A stretch of 64,000 nt of DNA from Marsupella aquatica (taxonomy: Eukaryota; Plantae; Marchantiophyta), in the NCBI GenBank assembly GCA_973895155.1, contig OZ316894.1, forward strand, positions 9,335,340 through 9,399,339. Reading direction: 5' to 3'. Position 1 is the first letter of the stretch. Each line of letters opens with the position of its first letter. The translations under genes and the position numbers were made by a program. Shown here piece by piece: positions 34,955 through 48,718 of this stretch. A model generated the notes under the pieces. It saw nothing but the letters and a program-made list of their open reading frames with translations, had not been told where the DNA came from and did no database searches.

Positions 34955-37714
34955 AATTACCTTAACACTTAGCTTTGGCGTCGCTGACGCCGAGCTCCCC
35001 TATGGTCCAAACCAGGAATGACCATCCGGGGAGGACTTAGGATGGAGAGACTAGTGGGCAATGGGGCGTGGCACTGACGAAGGCAAGGTGCTACGTTGGT
35101 GACAATTAATCCGTGGACCCCCATGTTATTTTAGAGACAGTTATCTAGAAACTGAAGCCTAGATGGACCTCCAAATCTAAAGAAAAAAATTTCAAACTGG
35201 ACAAGTCAATGTTTGACACTTGAAACAATTGCCAAACTTACCAAGACAACCATAATTAACATCAATCACAAAACAAGGTGCAATGTGAACTACTTTTTAA
35301 TGTGTGGGCAGCTTAATTGCCCACTTCAGCAAAACGGTGTTCGACGGTTTTCTCCACGTTATCGAAGGGATGCTGGATGCATTTAGGTTGCATCAAAAGT
35401 AATCACTTTTCAATTCCTACATGCAGAGATACAAAGAGAGAGAAGTCATTGGTGTCATCAAATCACTAACCTTGCATAATTGTATGACAAAAAGTTTCAT
35501 GGAAACTAATTTCCAATTGTGGAATTCAGAATGGATTGAAAGTTAGAGAAATTTAGAATTTCATGACCACTTTAGTACTTGATAAAATCTCTCAATGTCA
35601 CACTCATTGGAAAGCTAGAGAACATTGGAAACTTATAATCTCCTCATAACTCAACTAAATCTATCAATGTTAAGTTCATTAAACAACTAAAGAAATTCTA
35701 AAATTCATAATCTCCTTAGTACTCCATAAAATCTATCAATTTTAGGTTCATTCTCATGGAAGGGGTCAACATTTCAGGGGCTGTACAACAATTTTTTTAA
35801 TTTACATTAGAGATTAAAAAATCATGGGTAAAATATATTTTTCAAAATATTTACTCAATTCTTATCTAATGGTGACAACTCTGAGCTCATCACGACCGTC
35901 TCTTCAAGATCTTTCCAACGCCATATTATACGTGAGTTTTCATTATGATTTGACTTAGCAATGTCAAATCAAAAATTGTTGTCAAGAAATTTTTATGTTT
36001 TGAATAAAATCAAATGGAAATAAAACCGTTATTGGGAGCAATTTTACCTCAATCTTTTTATCTTTTGATTTGCATGTCAATTTTTTTTAATTCTTTTTTA
36101 CAGCATGGCGTCCTAGTTTTTACAGCAAAGTTGCCACAAACACGAATGTAGAAGTTAATTTTATCCAAAAACAAGTCCTTTCCTGTTTGTGGCATGCCAT
36201 GATGATGTGGCGTGCTGTGGAGCCAGGAATTTTGGAAAGGACCTCTAATGGGGGTTCGTAAACACTAAGGACTTAGACTGGCTGGGGGCTGGTTGGGTCA
36301 TGGGAAAGGGCCGAACTCAAGGTCAACTGTTTGGACCCCCGAACGGACTTTGAGTTTGAGGGCTTGAGTGAAAGCTCATCTTGGGCCCAAGGCTAATGGA
36401 GTTTACTTCATGCACAACGGACGCTTGGGACACGAGATACGACCCGACCCAGGTTTGGCCGCTCTGGGGCCCTAGGCGATGATGCGTTCTAAGGGCCTAG
36501 GCATGAGCACTGGGTTGGCCCAATCACAACGGGCTACGGCACTTTGCCTACAAATGCCTAACTAGAAAGTTGTGGGCATAGCCAGTTGGTGGCATGCCCA
36601 GACGTGCGGGTTGGGGTCTAGGTGGGGGACCAAAGTAGGTCCGGGGGTGGCAGGTCTCCCCAAGCATATACGAGGGGAGTGGTGTCTCCCTGGGGGCTAA
36701 AGGCGAGCTGAAATCGTGAGTCGCGATGATCACGACACTAAGGGAAAACGTCAAACAAAAATAGTGATAACTTTCCAACGGGAAGTCTGTTGTTGAGCTT
36801 GAGTTAGGATGCTAGACTTGGGGAGATCTAGATCTTGTTGGGTTACTTACCGGGATACTTGGTTGCTTGTGTAGACTGTGAGGACTGTTGAGCGATGGTC
36901 GTGTTAGGGAGCAAGTGCGGCTTTGTATGAGAGTGCAAGGGGCATCAAGTTGCTTGCTCAAGGAGTTCCATGGAGGCGTTTGGGCACCAAGGGCACTTAG
37001 GGGTGGGTGTTGGGATTGGTGAGGGCGCTAGGAGGCAAGGTTCACCACTTAAACAAACATAAGCAAGTTATTCACTTAAAATTTTATAAGAGGGTACAAA
37101 ATGGTTGAGTTTTGTGATCTTGACACTGAATAATTTTTAACTCAGAGGTCGGTTTGCTGAGCCATTAAGTATTTCAAAACACTTGTCTTGTGAGTATGTG
37201 TGTGATACTAAATTTTTAGTGTGAGCATTTTGGTTTTCCTCAACTTTTCATGACACTTGCATGTGGGCTTGCATGAGAGACAAGCTTGGCGATACCACTT
37301 GAGCTACATCAATTGGAGGGGAACAGGGAGAGCCCCATGTCTCTTGGAAGGTGAGTAGTGCAAAGTTTGAGGTGGTGAGGTTTGACGGGCGGTCAGATTA
37401 CTTGCTATGGGAGCGGCAAGTCAAGGGAGTGCTGAAAACAATTGGTTTTAGCAAGACACGTAAGCCAAAACCTGACACGGTTGGAGACAATGGCTGGAGT
37501 GATACCCAGGAGATGGCAATGCTCACTGTCATGCTCTACCAACCACAAGTCATCAAGCAGGTGGACAATCACTAAAATTGTGTGTCTTTATTTACAATAC
37601 TCAAGGAGAAGATCACCAGAACGAGCTGTCAAACCGACTCTTCCTATCGTTGAAGTGATGAGTTTCAGGATGAAAGAAGGTGATGCAAAGATCCAGGATC
37701 ACAAGACTTGGTAG
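34955..37714 (+). mobile_element. Ty1/Copia retrotransposon remnant (LTR/5' region interrupted by element B, truncated gag)
   Basis: Gag N-terminus SSAKFEVVRFDGRSDYLLWERQVKGVL..MSFRMKEG..IQDH at 37338-37714. The upstream region matches repeats at 53300-53975 and 7754-7930. Confidence 0.7.
35105..36261 (+). mobile_element. Non-autonomous DNA element copy B, inserted in the Copia LTR-like repeat
   Basis: Ends ATTAATCCGTGGACCCC and GGACCTCTAATGGGGGTTCGTAA. The flanks join to recreate the uninterrupted repeat seen at ~7770-7800 and ~53800-53840. Confidence 0.65.
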
Positions 37715-40700
37715 TGGGTCAACCTGGATAATCGAAAGGCTTTCCATCCTTCCCTTTTTTCCCCGCTTTTTTCTCTAACCATAAAAGGTGCAAAAACTGG
37801 CTAGTTGCCAGTTCTTCTCTTTTTCTCCAACCATGTTGCGCTTTTTTTAAGTCTTTGTAAGTGCTGCAAAGAGAGCACCACGAAATGACAGATATGTAAG
37901 TGCAAGGCCCTCTGTAAGGGTGTGTGTACAATAATGGGTAGGAGGACAACATCTTTATGGATGAGTGCATATGGTTTTTATATAGAGATAACAATGTAGT
38001 TATGAGATAGTTGACAGGGGCTTACCATGGAGATTCACAAACCAAGGGATGTAGAGTCAATAGTTTAGGGACAGCACATGAATCCTACTTGAATGTAAGA
38101 TGAAAACCTCTTCAAGGTGACAAGTGGCAGAGGGAAGAGGACTGATTGAAGGTAAACCCTAAATTACCCATCCTTAATAAGTGTAAAGTCTGAAATGTGC
38201 ACCAATTATGTAGTCCAAACCACACGTAAGTGCAAAACCCTGGCTTTGTCGTGAGAGTGTCCACTTAGCAAGAGTTCACTGTACTTCAATCTTCTTTAAT
38301 ATTCATAGACTAGCCCAATACCCCTGTGGCACATGAATGGCAAGGGCAAAGAACAGAAAGCAAGGCAAAGCACTGGTTGGAAGGCAAAATGGGCACATAG
38401 AGCGTGTTTTCAGCCAATCAAATGGTGACAAGAAACTATTTTTTTCTTGTCCAAAATACAATTCATCAAATGAGGATCAACTACAATTAACTCTCTTCAA
38501 GTGCACGCTTTCGGGAAGACAGATCCAACATGCACTAAACCAGATGTTGCATTGATAAGCGCACACCACCTAAAAAGTGCACTTATCAATATGTGCGCTT
38601 GATTTATATCCCTTTCTTAAAATTAGGGCCCCTCCGTTAGTAAGTAATCAGCCTCATATCTCATATCCCTGCCCTAATTATGTGCTCACCCTCCTTAAGT
38701 GCATTCTCTACTAAGAATGGACATGCATTTATTGGTAAATGCAATTTTGTGATTTTGTGGGTTTACCAATTCTAGCATAGAGACACTTATCAAGGGTAAA
38801 CTCTCATAAAATTTGTCTTTCAGCAAAATGATTTTAGTCCTGTGTGTGCTTAGAAAAATACTTAAAAATAACTTATCCTATGTAAAAAGGGAGGGAAGAA
38901 TAGGATTACCTACACTAATCGCGATAATGGAATGTGCTCTTAGAGAGAGCCAGTACAGTAGAACCAGCAGATTTAGATCTTATGGTGGTAGATTACAATA
39001 ACTACATTTTACTGTCATGCACCTATGCCCAATTACTATTCTCGGATTTGTACATAAAGAGCCAACAGCTTTCGCCACCAGCCTGTGTCATCCTTCGATT
39101 GTTTGTCTACGAGCCACAACCACTGTACTCCATATCGCCAGGTCGGTCTGTCTGCTGCTGATGAGACTGGAGAGTGGAGACCTCGTATTTGGCAGGCTTG
39201 GCTAATCATACTAGCACGTTTCAAGCCTCAAAAGATCATGGATTTTAGTACTAAAAGATGTGGACTACAAAATTCATGATCTATAACTTTTTGTCATCAA
39301 ATATTGGTCATATGTCATGACCATAAATATTGGTCATATGCCATGACCATAAAGACATGTGAAAAAGACTTTTGCATCACTATGAAAAAGCTATGGCCAT
39401 TTGATTGCGGCCAAAAGCCATAGGCTGATACTATGAAGCTTTATGACTCCCTATTGAAAAGCCCAATCCCTGTGAGGTCACTAAAATCCTTTCAGCACTT
39501 CTGTTAGAATTGTGGGGGCTTTAGAGGGAATAGACAGATTCTTCCTTTTCTAAACTAAGATGTCATCCCAACCATTAGTTCAAAGGTGGGTGACCATTCC
39601 AAGTTTAGAAGACTTCTGATGGAAATCTTAGCACTGGTGTATCTGAAAGAACATTGCAATTGGTTGGTCCAGATGAGTAAGACCTGTACACTGCTTTTGT
39701 GGCCAAAGTTTAGACTACCTCAAGAGGTGGTCTACACCTTTGTCCTCTTGATCTCTTGGAATCCCGCTTGGATTGCATTGCCCACCCAGGCCTCTCTGTT
39801 ACTCATAGGCCTGGAAGCTAGATTTTAGGCCAAAAGTTGTCCTGTGGAGTTGGTATGGGAAAAGTTATATTGTCCACCAGGTTGTTCTTGTAAGTCACCC
39901 TGAAACCCAAAGGTCCATACCCCATTCTGGACAGTGAGCATACAGTTCACCAGCAAACCTTTATTGTTGGTGTAAGAGTGATATAACTAACCTGTGCCTT
40001 ATTGGTAACTTGGTTGGCGATTCTCACTTGCAAAACAGTTATTTATACTTGCTTCCAGGTTTTAGCTGGTGGCCATTCAAAGTATTCCAAACCCAAAAGT
40101 CCTCTCAGTCTACTGCTAGCCAAAAGATGTGCTCACGGCCAATTTAGACAGATAACACTGTTTTCCAGAGAATTTTGCTTAGTAGAACGCTTTTAGGCTG
40201 TTTTGTCTGGAAGTTGATTTCTTTCCAATTTTCCGAGCTGCCCGCATGTTACTCAAAGACACATTTTTGCACTGGACACCAAAAGAATTTTGTGGCCTAC
40301 CTTATTTACCACTAAAGTACTGGGAGACCACCAGGTCAGTCTGTCTTGTCAGACTGTCAAGACTTCGTATGCAGCAGCCACTGCCAGGTCACTAGGGAGA
40401 GCCCATTCCCTGTGAGGTCTCTCAAATCCTTTTAGCAGTGTGACATATTTTTGCAGTTCTCTTAGAATCAGACTCGTTGGCAGTTCTATTCACAAGAGCC
40501 CCTTTCTGGGCACTACATATTTTATTTTTTGCAGTTCTGTTAGAATCAGGCCAAACGATTTACTGTACGGTTGACAAAAGCCCCTTTGTGGGCACTGGGC
40601 ACACGGTTCACCTTATTCAGTATTATACTGTGAGTCTGTGACATCCTTCGATTGTTGTTGTACGAGTGCTACAAATACTCTAGTTGGAGATCACCAGGTC

Positions 40701-40819
40701 AGTCTGTCTACTGTAGTCAGGATGTTGAGACCTCGTATTTTGGCAGGCTTTGCCAAGTCCCTAGCTTCAGTGATTTATTGAAAGGTTTTTACCGACGGAT
40801 GTGCTTGATGCACCCTCAA

Positions 40820-41110
40820 ATCAACAACCCATGAGGTACTAAGTATATTGATTTAAAATCTACCAAGGTCTATCAATGGTCTGGATCATTCAGGGATCCC
40901 ATCAAGTGACATTTTCATTTTGAAGTCCATCAAGCATACACCTCCCCTTCCCTATTCCTCGGTCCCAAACAACCCATGAGGTACTAAGTATATTGATTTA
41001 AAATATATCAAGGTCTATCAATGGTCTGGATCACTCAGAGTTCCCATCAAGTGACATGTTTGTTTTGGGGTCCATCAAGCATATACCTCCCCTTAACTAT
41101 TCCTCGGATT
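40820..41110. repeat. ~150-bp tandem duplication in decayed TE-rich DNA
   Basis: AACAACCCATGAGGTACTAAGTATATTGATTTAAAAT..CAAGGTCTATCAATGGTCTGGATCA..CCCATCAAGTGACAT twice. Confidence 0.85.
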
Positions 41111-43983
41111 CCAGGAGGAATTTCTTCTTTTCTAGAAAGGTTTATGGGATCATGTTGCATTAATGTGTTAAAAGCCAACGTCCTTAGGGTGAGTGATCAA
41201 TTGAAAGCTCATTCCCCCATTCCTCAGATTCCAGGGGGCATTGAAAGTAAATGAAGGGTTAGGATAGTTGGGCGACCTTTTAGAAACTAAAGATCGTTGA
41301 CCGGGGCTAAAAGAGTTTAAAATCCTTTTATGGCCCCCAATGTCTTGTGAGGCTAACTCTAGCAAATAGTCATTGGAGTAGTTTGCTTAGAGACAAGTTG
41401 TGGACGCACTCCACTTCAAAGGCACATGTCTTTTGCTAGTTCTTCTAGTTCTGACGGGAGAAGATCTCATGAAAGACTTGTGGATTCACTTTTAATGCAA
41501 ACTACTCAAAATTAGGTCTCAGACCAAGCAGCTAGATGAAGAGATCTCCAAGAGAGGTGGTCTAAAATCTTGGACAAAATTGTGCTCCACATAAGCAAAA
41601 GTTGGGTTCCATTACTTCCCATGCAGGATCAACAACAGTGTAGAAAGAAACTGCCCCAACATCTTGTAAAGTGAAATGGAGTTGTATCTCCCCATGGATG
41701 GTCCTGATCACATCTTGGAGACCAGAAAAGGTTGAAACTGCCACCAATGTCATGAATAGCCACCCTAATTTCTTGAAGGTTCATGGGATTGGGCTGCAAA
41801 AAATGGGATAAGCCGAAGCCCATGTCCTAAGCCTAAGGGATTAAGCCTGGGCCCCCTCTTCCCCAGATTCCAGAAGGCATCAAAAGCAGATGAAGCTTGA
41901 TTATTAGAAATGTGGGAACAGGGTATTTTTAAGGGGTTTTCCATTTCATTCTCATCTTATAGTAGATAGATTCTAAGAATATTCCAGATGTAACTTTCCC
42001 AGATAGTTTATGGCTGTTAGATCCCTAGATTTAGGATTCACCATCATATTCGGCTAATGGGTACTGTGGTTATCCAGTCAGAAAACGTGGTGAATTTTGC
42101 CAAAAGTGACAAAAACTTCACGAGACATGGAATTTGGGGAAGTGTTGCCACTACCAAAAAGTGTTGGTGGGAAACTTTTTAATTGGATAGTGCTGCATAA
42201 AATGTGTTTAAAGCCAAAACTGACCTCCCTAATGTGAGGAATTACTTAATAGCCCACTTCCCCCTATCTCAGATTCCAGGAGGCATTAAAAGTAATGAAG
42301 ATTAATTTCTAGAAAGGTGGGAAACGTTGCTTGGGATCATGCTGCAGAAAACGTGCTAAAGCCGATTCCAACTGAGACAGTCATGTCCAGTGTTTTCCAT
42401 TTTGGCTATGTATCACCAAATATCACCACTCATTTTGCCTTGGCCACTCCATACAAAGATAATAATTGGAAATTACAGGGCAAATGGCCAAAACTGCCTT
42501 GTCAGTGAGATCCCAACGCCAGGTTTGCTCAGTTGATCCTTTAAGGAGTGGCCAAATGTCCAATATCTTTTGCTTGTGCTCTAGGGCGTGGCCAAATGAC
42601 CGATACACTATCTCCAACTTGTTTGCCAGGTTACCAGTTCACTGGTTTTCTTTGCCAGTTTGCTTGTGTTTTTCCGCTTAGGATGCCTATTATGGTGTCC
42701 CGTGGAGGACAGCCACTTTGGCTGCACTTGACATTCCTCAGGAAACACATGGTGATAACACATACACCGACAAGATTTACCCAGTGCAGATTTTTATGAT
42801 TATGGGGACTTCAAGTGAGCCCTGACTTGCTGGCTCACTTGCAGTCCTTCCCCGCACAGACTTGCCAAGTGGAGATGATGAATGGCTTGCAACTGGGCGA
42901 CCACGACATTGACGTTACTTTAGCCAACAGTGCTTTGCCCCCCATCTCGAAACCAGTCCATCACGCGGTTGTCAATCGATGGGTTAAAAAACGTCCATAT
43001 CAATCAATTCCTATTCATTGAAACAGGCTTCGAGGGAATTATTCGTGCAGGTTCTGCAGAAAAATGAAGTGCACTGCCATCCTGGCCATCAGTTATGCAT
43101 GGAACATGGGAGTTTTCGAAACTCGAATTTAATAAGAGACAGTCCATTGATTTACTCACGGATCAAATTCCTCTCTTTGGACAACATGAATGTGATGGTC
43201 GAATGTTCATGTACAGCATCCAACAGAAGACACACAGTACATCAGCTTTGTTCTACAACAACAGAAAACTGCACCAAATCTACAAGTGCTACTGCAGCAC
43301 CGTGTGATAAGAGCGAGTTTGGATCACACTGCAGGGATGAAATGCTAGATTTTAAAAAACAAATGATGATGTAGACATTCCGAAAACGAATGCTGCAGAC
43401 ATACCTCCATGCTTACGTAACGTCACCACACCCACGGAGAAAACCAATCTTAATAGAACTGGCCGTTACATGGCGTAGGCGGATGTTCGCAAACGCACGT
43501 CACGAGATCGCTTTACGCTCTATCGCAAGGTAGCCATGTCTCACGAGGAAAGTAAGTGTTAAAAAGTTGTCCACCCTTCGCTGACTTTTTCAGTATTATC
43601 CACTTGCTTTGGTGTTGGTGAGCAATGTCTTTTGCAAAAGGTAAATCAGCTACAAAGTTCGCAGCAAAGGCTGACAAAGAACGAACCACTACGTCAAAAG
43701 GAAAAAAGAGGAGCTTTAGCTATGTGGGAACTCCACTAGTCTTCTTCAGACAATTCTGTACCTACCAAGCATGCTCCACAAAGCACACTTGGTATCACTT
43801 CACCAAAATTGGCTTGGCCTTTCCAAACTCGCCACTCCATGGACATGAAGGCGAGCAGACTATGGAAAGTATAATCAGGATGGGGGACAGCTACGTCAAA
43901 ATGACCCGGAAAGCTCTTGCAAGGAATTCTGTGTCGAGGTAGAGGCAGCTCTGTTTGGTTACAAACTGATTATTTAGATTAAC

Positions 43984-46900
43984 TCAGCCAAAGATGATGG
44001 TTTTGTTGCCACTGTATCGAATTATTCGCTGTTCGCAGTAATACTTGATGGCCTTCGCCAGACACTGTTTCTCAAGATTCTCAGATTTCATTGCAAATGT
44101 ATGTAAGGTATCACGGTGCGAAACACGGTCCACCTGGGGTCCACAATGACAATTAACAGTTCTTAGTGCGAAGACAAAGACTAGTCTCATCGACAACCGT
44201 GGGAGCTATCTCTCAAAGCTCACGGTTTGAAACAAAAAGGGAAAATGGGTCATGCTTTGGACGTGGCACAGAATCTAGACATGCCTGCTGTCCAACCTGG
44301 TTCGAACATCCAAAGCTGTTTTTCTGCCTTGAAAAGCTTTGACATATTACATAAAAACAACCAAAGATATCACCCGGGTACAAGATCTCACCATCTGTTC
44401 TATGATTGGCCCGCTATCCAGTTCTTGAGTGACAAAGTGAGCTGTTGCGCCGATGAGCTTCACTCCGGCTTGATATGCCTAATAATAAGCATTGCCATTG
44501 ACCAGCTTTTCATCGTTAGAAAGTAGTACAAAATCGAATGAAAAAATATGCAATGATTCCACAATAATTGGAATAATAAGACGTCCAGAACGTAATTGGT
44601 AAAAAATATTAAGCAGAAGTTAGGTACTTGGCGCGGAGAAACCAGGATGATTTCACTCTTTAAACACAGTATTTTTCCAGGTGGGCCCTCTCAACGAAAC
44701 CACACAGGAGTTTGAGGGAAAACTAAGACCATGTTGTGTACAGTACTCGAAAATTCCAGAAAAGAAACAACCAATGTTTGAGGTATGCATGGCACAGTGA
44801 CATGCTCTATTGCAGACTCCAATATGATCAAGCTCAAAAATTCTTGAAGCTCACAAAGCAGTTGTGTTGACATTTATAACAGCGACTGGGAGATAAGAAT
44901 CTGAAGTGAACGGGGAGCGAAATGCCTGTTTTGTCATAATTCATACCTGTCTGTAGGGATTGGCCCCTTTAAATGAGGGCAAGAGTCCATGATGAATATT
45001 TATGATGTCTTTCCGATATCTCGTCAGGAAGTCTGGTGACAAAACCTGGCAGTAAGGAATTTCACAAGAGGTCAGCCAGAATTAGTAACACCCAAAATAA
45101 ATCTCAGAGACTGATAGTCAAACCATCCGACTCACTTGCATGTAGCGAGCTAGAACCAGGAAATCTGTGTCTGTGACAAGCTCCAAAATTTCTTCCTCTT
45201 TCTTGTTAAACCTGCTTGTCGGCAAATAGTGATATGGTATGCCATGCCGATCCAGGAACCGTCCCACATGCGTGTTTGGTCCACGATCATGATTACTGCA
45301 AAAAAGAACATGATTGGCTTCATTTAGGCTAAATGTTGGAAATCTGCGGAGCATCAAGACGGTCCAGAGTGAACAGAAGCTACAAATTGAATTGACATTG
45401 TTGAAACCAGCACAATTCACCTGATCACAGCGCTGATTTGGGCAGGAAGCTCTCCTTCCTGCCATCTGTGCAGAAGGTCCACTAAACAATGGTCCTGTCT
45501 CCGCCAACAATGACAAGTTCAGGATTTTTTCTACATGATAGCATCATAACATAGCCAACTTATTTTAAAGGTGAATTGAAGAGCGCAGACATTAATAGAA
45601 CAGACCATGCTCATTGCGCAAAAAAGTCCCAGGACATTCTATTTGGGGTAGAGACCATGAAGCCTGCAGCAATTGGTACGATGTCCAACCGAAGTATGTT
45701 TGTCCATTATGCTCTTCATTACACTTGGAAATGCCCTCTCCAAGCCTAATTCTACATAGTTAAACTTCCTTATTTACCATTACAGCCCAATTCAAGCATC
45801 TATTCATAGTAAATCGGACAAGGAGATAAACTGATATCTCAAGAAGTTTCACCTGCCGAGACGCAAGAATTACTGTCTTCATAAAGTCATCGATCCCAGG
45901 CACACGGACAACTGATGTTTGAGCTTTGAAACAGCGCGAAATTACTGCGAAGTCTTCATCCATCACATCTCGGGGCCACTGCAACGGATCAAAGGAAAAC
46001 TCACTGTGCTATATTTATGTGAGAACGCACACTTGCAGTGATCAATCATCCCTTAACTTCAGTGAATAAACAGCCTCTTCAGCTTCTTGCCTTGTCTACG
46101 AACCTACTGCACAAGATACTCACCTCCACCAAAGGACGACTCAATTGCTGTGGAGTATCCATGATGGCAGATGATCAGACCAGCAACGAATGTTTCACAT
46201 TTTATGACCCTCTAAAAAAATTTAGATATGAAAACACTTCATTTAAATTGAAAGAAGCCATAAAAGTTTTCATTTAATGTGGAGCTCACCTGCGGGAATA
46301 GAAGACAGGTGACCCACTGTCAAAATCAATGTAGATGTGGACGCTTAAAATGTTTGCTCCCCGCTTGGAAATCTTTTCAGATATTGTTGCAACAATCCCT
46401 AGCTGGTCCTGCACCAGGAGAATAAAGGCAAAGGCATGACATTTCACTACGTGTCTTCCATGAACTCGAATCAATCCGACTAGCTACAGGCCAGCAATAG
46501 CATTCAAAAAGCAGTTTGAAAACTCAGTGTTCGGAACCCAAGTCTGGAAGACACGAAAACACCCACAGCAATTGGACGAGACGAGAATATTCAGCAGACT
46601 ACTCAGGTCATTAGATCATATTTCTCCAACAGAAACTAGGAGTCTAAGAATCTGTTCTACCGACTACCAAGCGATATGCTCCTGAACTTCAAGTTTGAGT
46701 TTAAAAGAGAATTCCTGATGTCCTCATGCCCGCGATAGTGTTCATCTTATTTGAACTCAGCTCATTGTCTTCGCGGACTTTATTCCATCTTTATTTTTTC
46801 ACTGGTCTCCATAACGACATACAAACGTACTCCTGCGTAATGTCTGTAATAGAACACACACTGGGCTTCCCACGAAAGTATCTACCCTGATGAGTAAAGC

Positions 46901-47465
46901 TGGGAAGGAAGCTCGGCTCAGCTGAAATGGGTGAAAGTACATTATTTTGCAGGTCATTATCAGCCAAATGCTAAGCCAATTGGGCGTCGATTGACAATTT
47001 CTTATATGGGAATCCAGCCGCGACGGATATGAGACCCCTTTCCCAACACTATGGAGCTTGGAATCGCCAATGCAATTCGAATATAGACGGAAAGCGGATG
47101 AAATCGAGTCGGCTGACGACATTCTCCAACTGAGCACAGTTTTTGTCATATGGGCTGGACCGGACATGGTGAATTCCATATTTGCATTGCGTAATATTAA
47201 TGTGTAAGTACATGTGACCGGTCAACAGGAACAAAATTGAAGGTGGAGCGAGAGAATTTACAGAGCATTGGAAGATGTGGACGCCGTTCCTTCGCCGTTG
47301 GTTAACGCTACAGAGAGCTCGTTCTGAATTAAAGTAGTCGGTTCTTCTCAACCTGTAGCTCGAGGCGTGCCCCCCATGGCCACCATCCACAATGCTTCTT
47401 CCTGAAACAGCACAACGGCTCCACCTCGCAATCGAGAGACTCGCCAGACGATTCCACCGACGCAT
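43984..47465 (-). CDS. PURU: Formyltetrahydrofolate deformylase, probable mitochondrial (ACT + formyltransferase domains)
   Basis: Eight exons ~47262-47465, 46290-46408, 45853-46003, 45420-45495, 45136-45295, 44947-45045, 44391-44478, 43984-44132. Motifs [76 protein letters not shown]. Arg/Ser-rich N-terminal presequence. Confidence 0.95.
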
Positions 47466-48254
47466 TGTCCCTCCTTCGCTCCGTCCGTCCGTCCGTCCCT
47501 CACCACTCTACCAGTGAACAAACACTTCTCCACGCCATACAACAATTCCTTTCTGCCTCGCACCTCTTGAAACCATCCAATCGAATGAAACTCTAGTTCT
47601 GCCTCTCAAGAATTTCACTCCCCACCTCAATTGGCTTTCCTCGCCTCGCGTCACCCTAGGCTGACTGCTCTATCGCCATGACCCGCCACCTGCATCCCCA
47701 CAGACCCAATGAATCAGAATCTTCAAAAGCAATGACGATGTGAGCAACAATTTTCATTAGCCCATTCTCTCTCTCTCTCTAGTCAGCCACTCCGGTAATG
47801 AGGAATGAGGAATCTCTACACTTTATCCACCTTCTATCTCTCTCTAGCTAGTCAGCCACTCCAGTAGGCTGATCCTCTCGGGAAATGGAGGAACTCTCTC
47901 TCTTGGTAGCTAGTCGGCCATTCCGGTAGGCTGATCCTCTGGAGAAATCTGTAACAGTAAAGTACGGAGAAACTCTCTCTCTTGCTATTAATTGGCCATT
48001 CCGGGAGGCTGATCTTCTCGAGAATCTGTAACAGTACAGTACGGAGAAAGGATTGGCAGCGCTTCACTCTTCAACCGTTGCTGTGGATAAAGTAGCATTT
48101 CGGTCAAACTATGCTACACGAGGCAAAACCGCCATCGCCATTTCTGATAACCTTCTCCAATATATCCAGCCGAAACAAATTGCTTCCAAACGACACCGCC
48201 AACGTTCACGGACCGAAAAAATCCACCCTGCCAAGATATCCGCCTCTGTATTCT

Positions 48255-48296
48255 GGCAATCACATGTAGGCAATCACATGTAGGCAATCACATGTA
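48255..48296. repeat. 14-bp unit GGCAATCACATGTA x3 upstream of PURU
   Basis: Three exact copies. Confidence 0.9.
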
Positions 48297-48668
48297 TCCA
48301 ACAGGCACCCAAAAAGTTGACAAATTTCTCAAACCTGCACCGAAACAGTGCAGCAGAGCAGAACGTAGCTGGATACGACGTTCCTACCCAGCCTTCTTCC
48401 AAACCCGAGAGCTACTAGAATAGATCGATTAAAGTGTTCCTAGCTGAGAGAAATTGTGCGCGTGTGTCTTCGAACTGCGCTCGAGATGCGCAATGGTGAG
48501 AATCTTAGGAAAAACTCACTCAACATGCCGATTGAAAGAAGAATGAATAATGGAATGCTTTAAGTAGGCGAAGCAGCTGTGGAATTCATCGCACTGGTCA
48601 GGAGTGATGACGATTTCTGGGGTTATCTCCCGCCTGCAGCAGACATAACCCCCGAACTTGTTGCCATT

Positions 48669-48669
<1 letters not shown>

Positions 48670-48716
<47 letters not shown>
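48670..48716. repeat. (CT)n/(GA)n microsatellite
   Basis: Perfect CT run. Confidence 0.95.
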
Positions 48717-48718
<2 letters not shown>

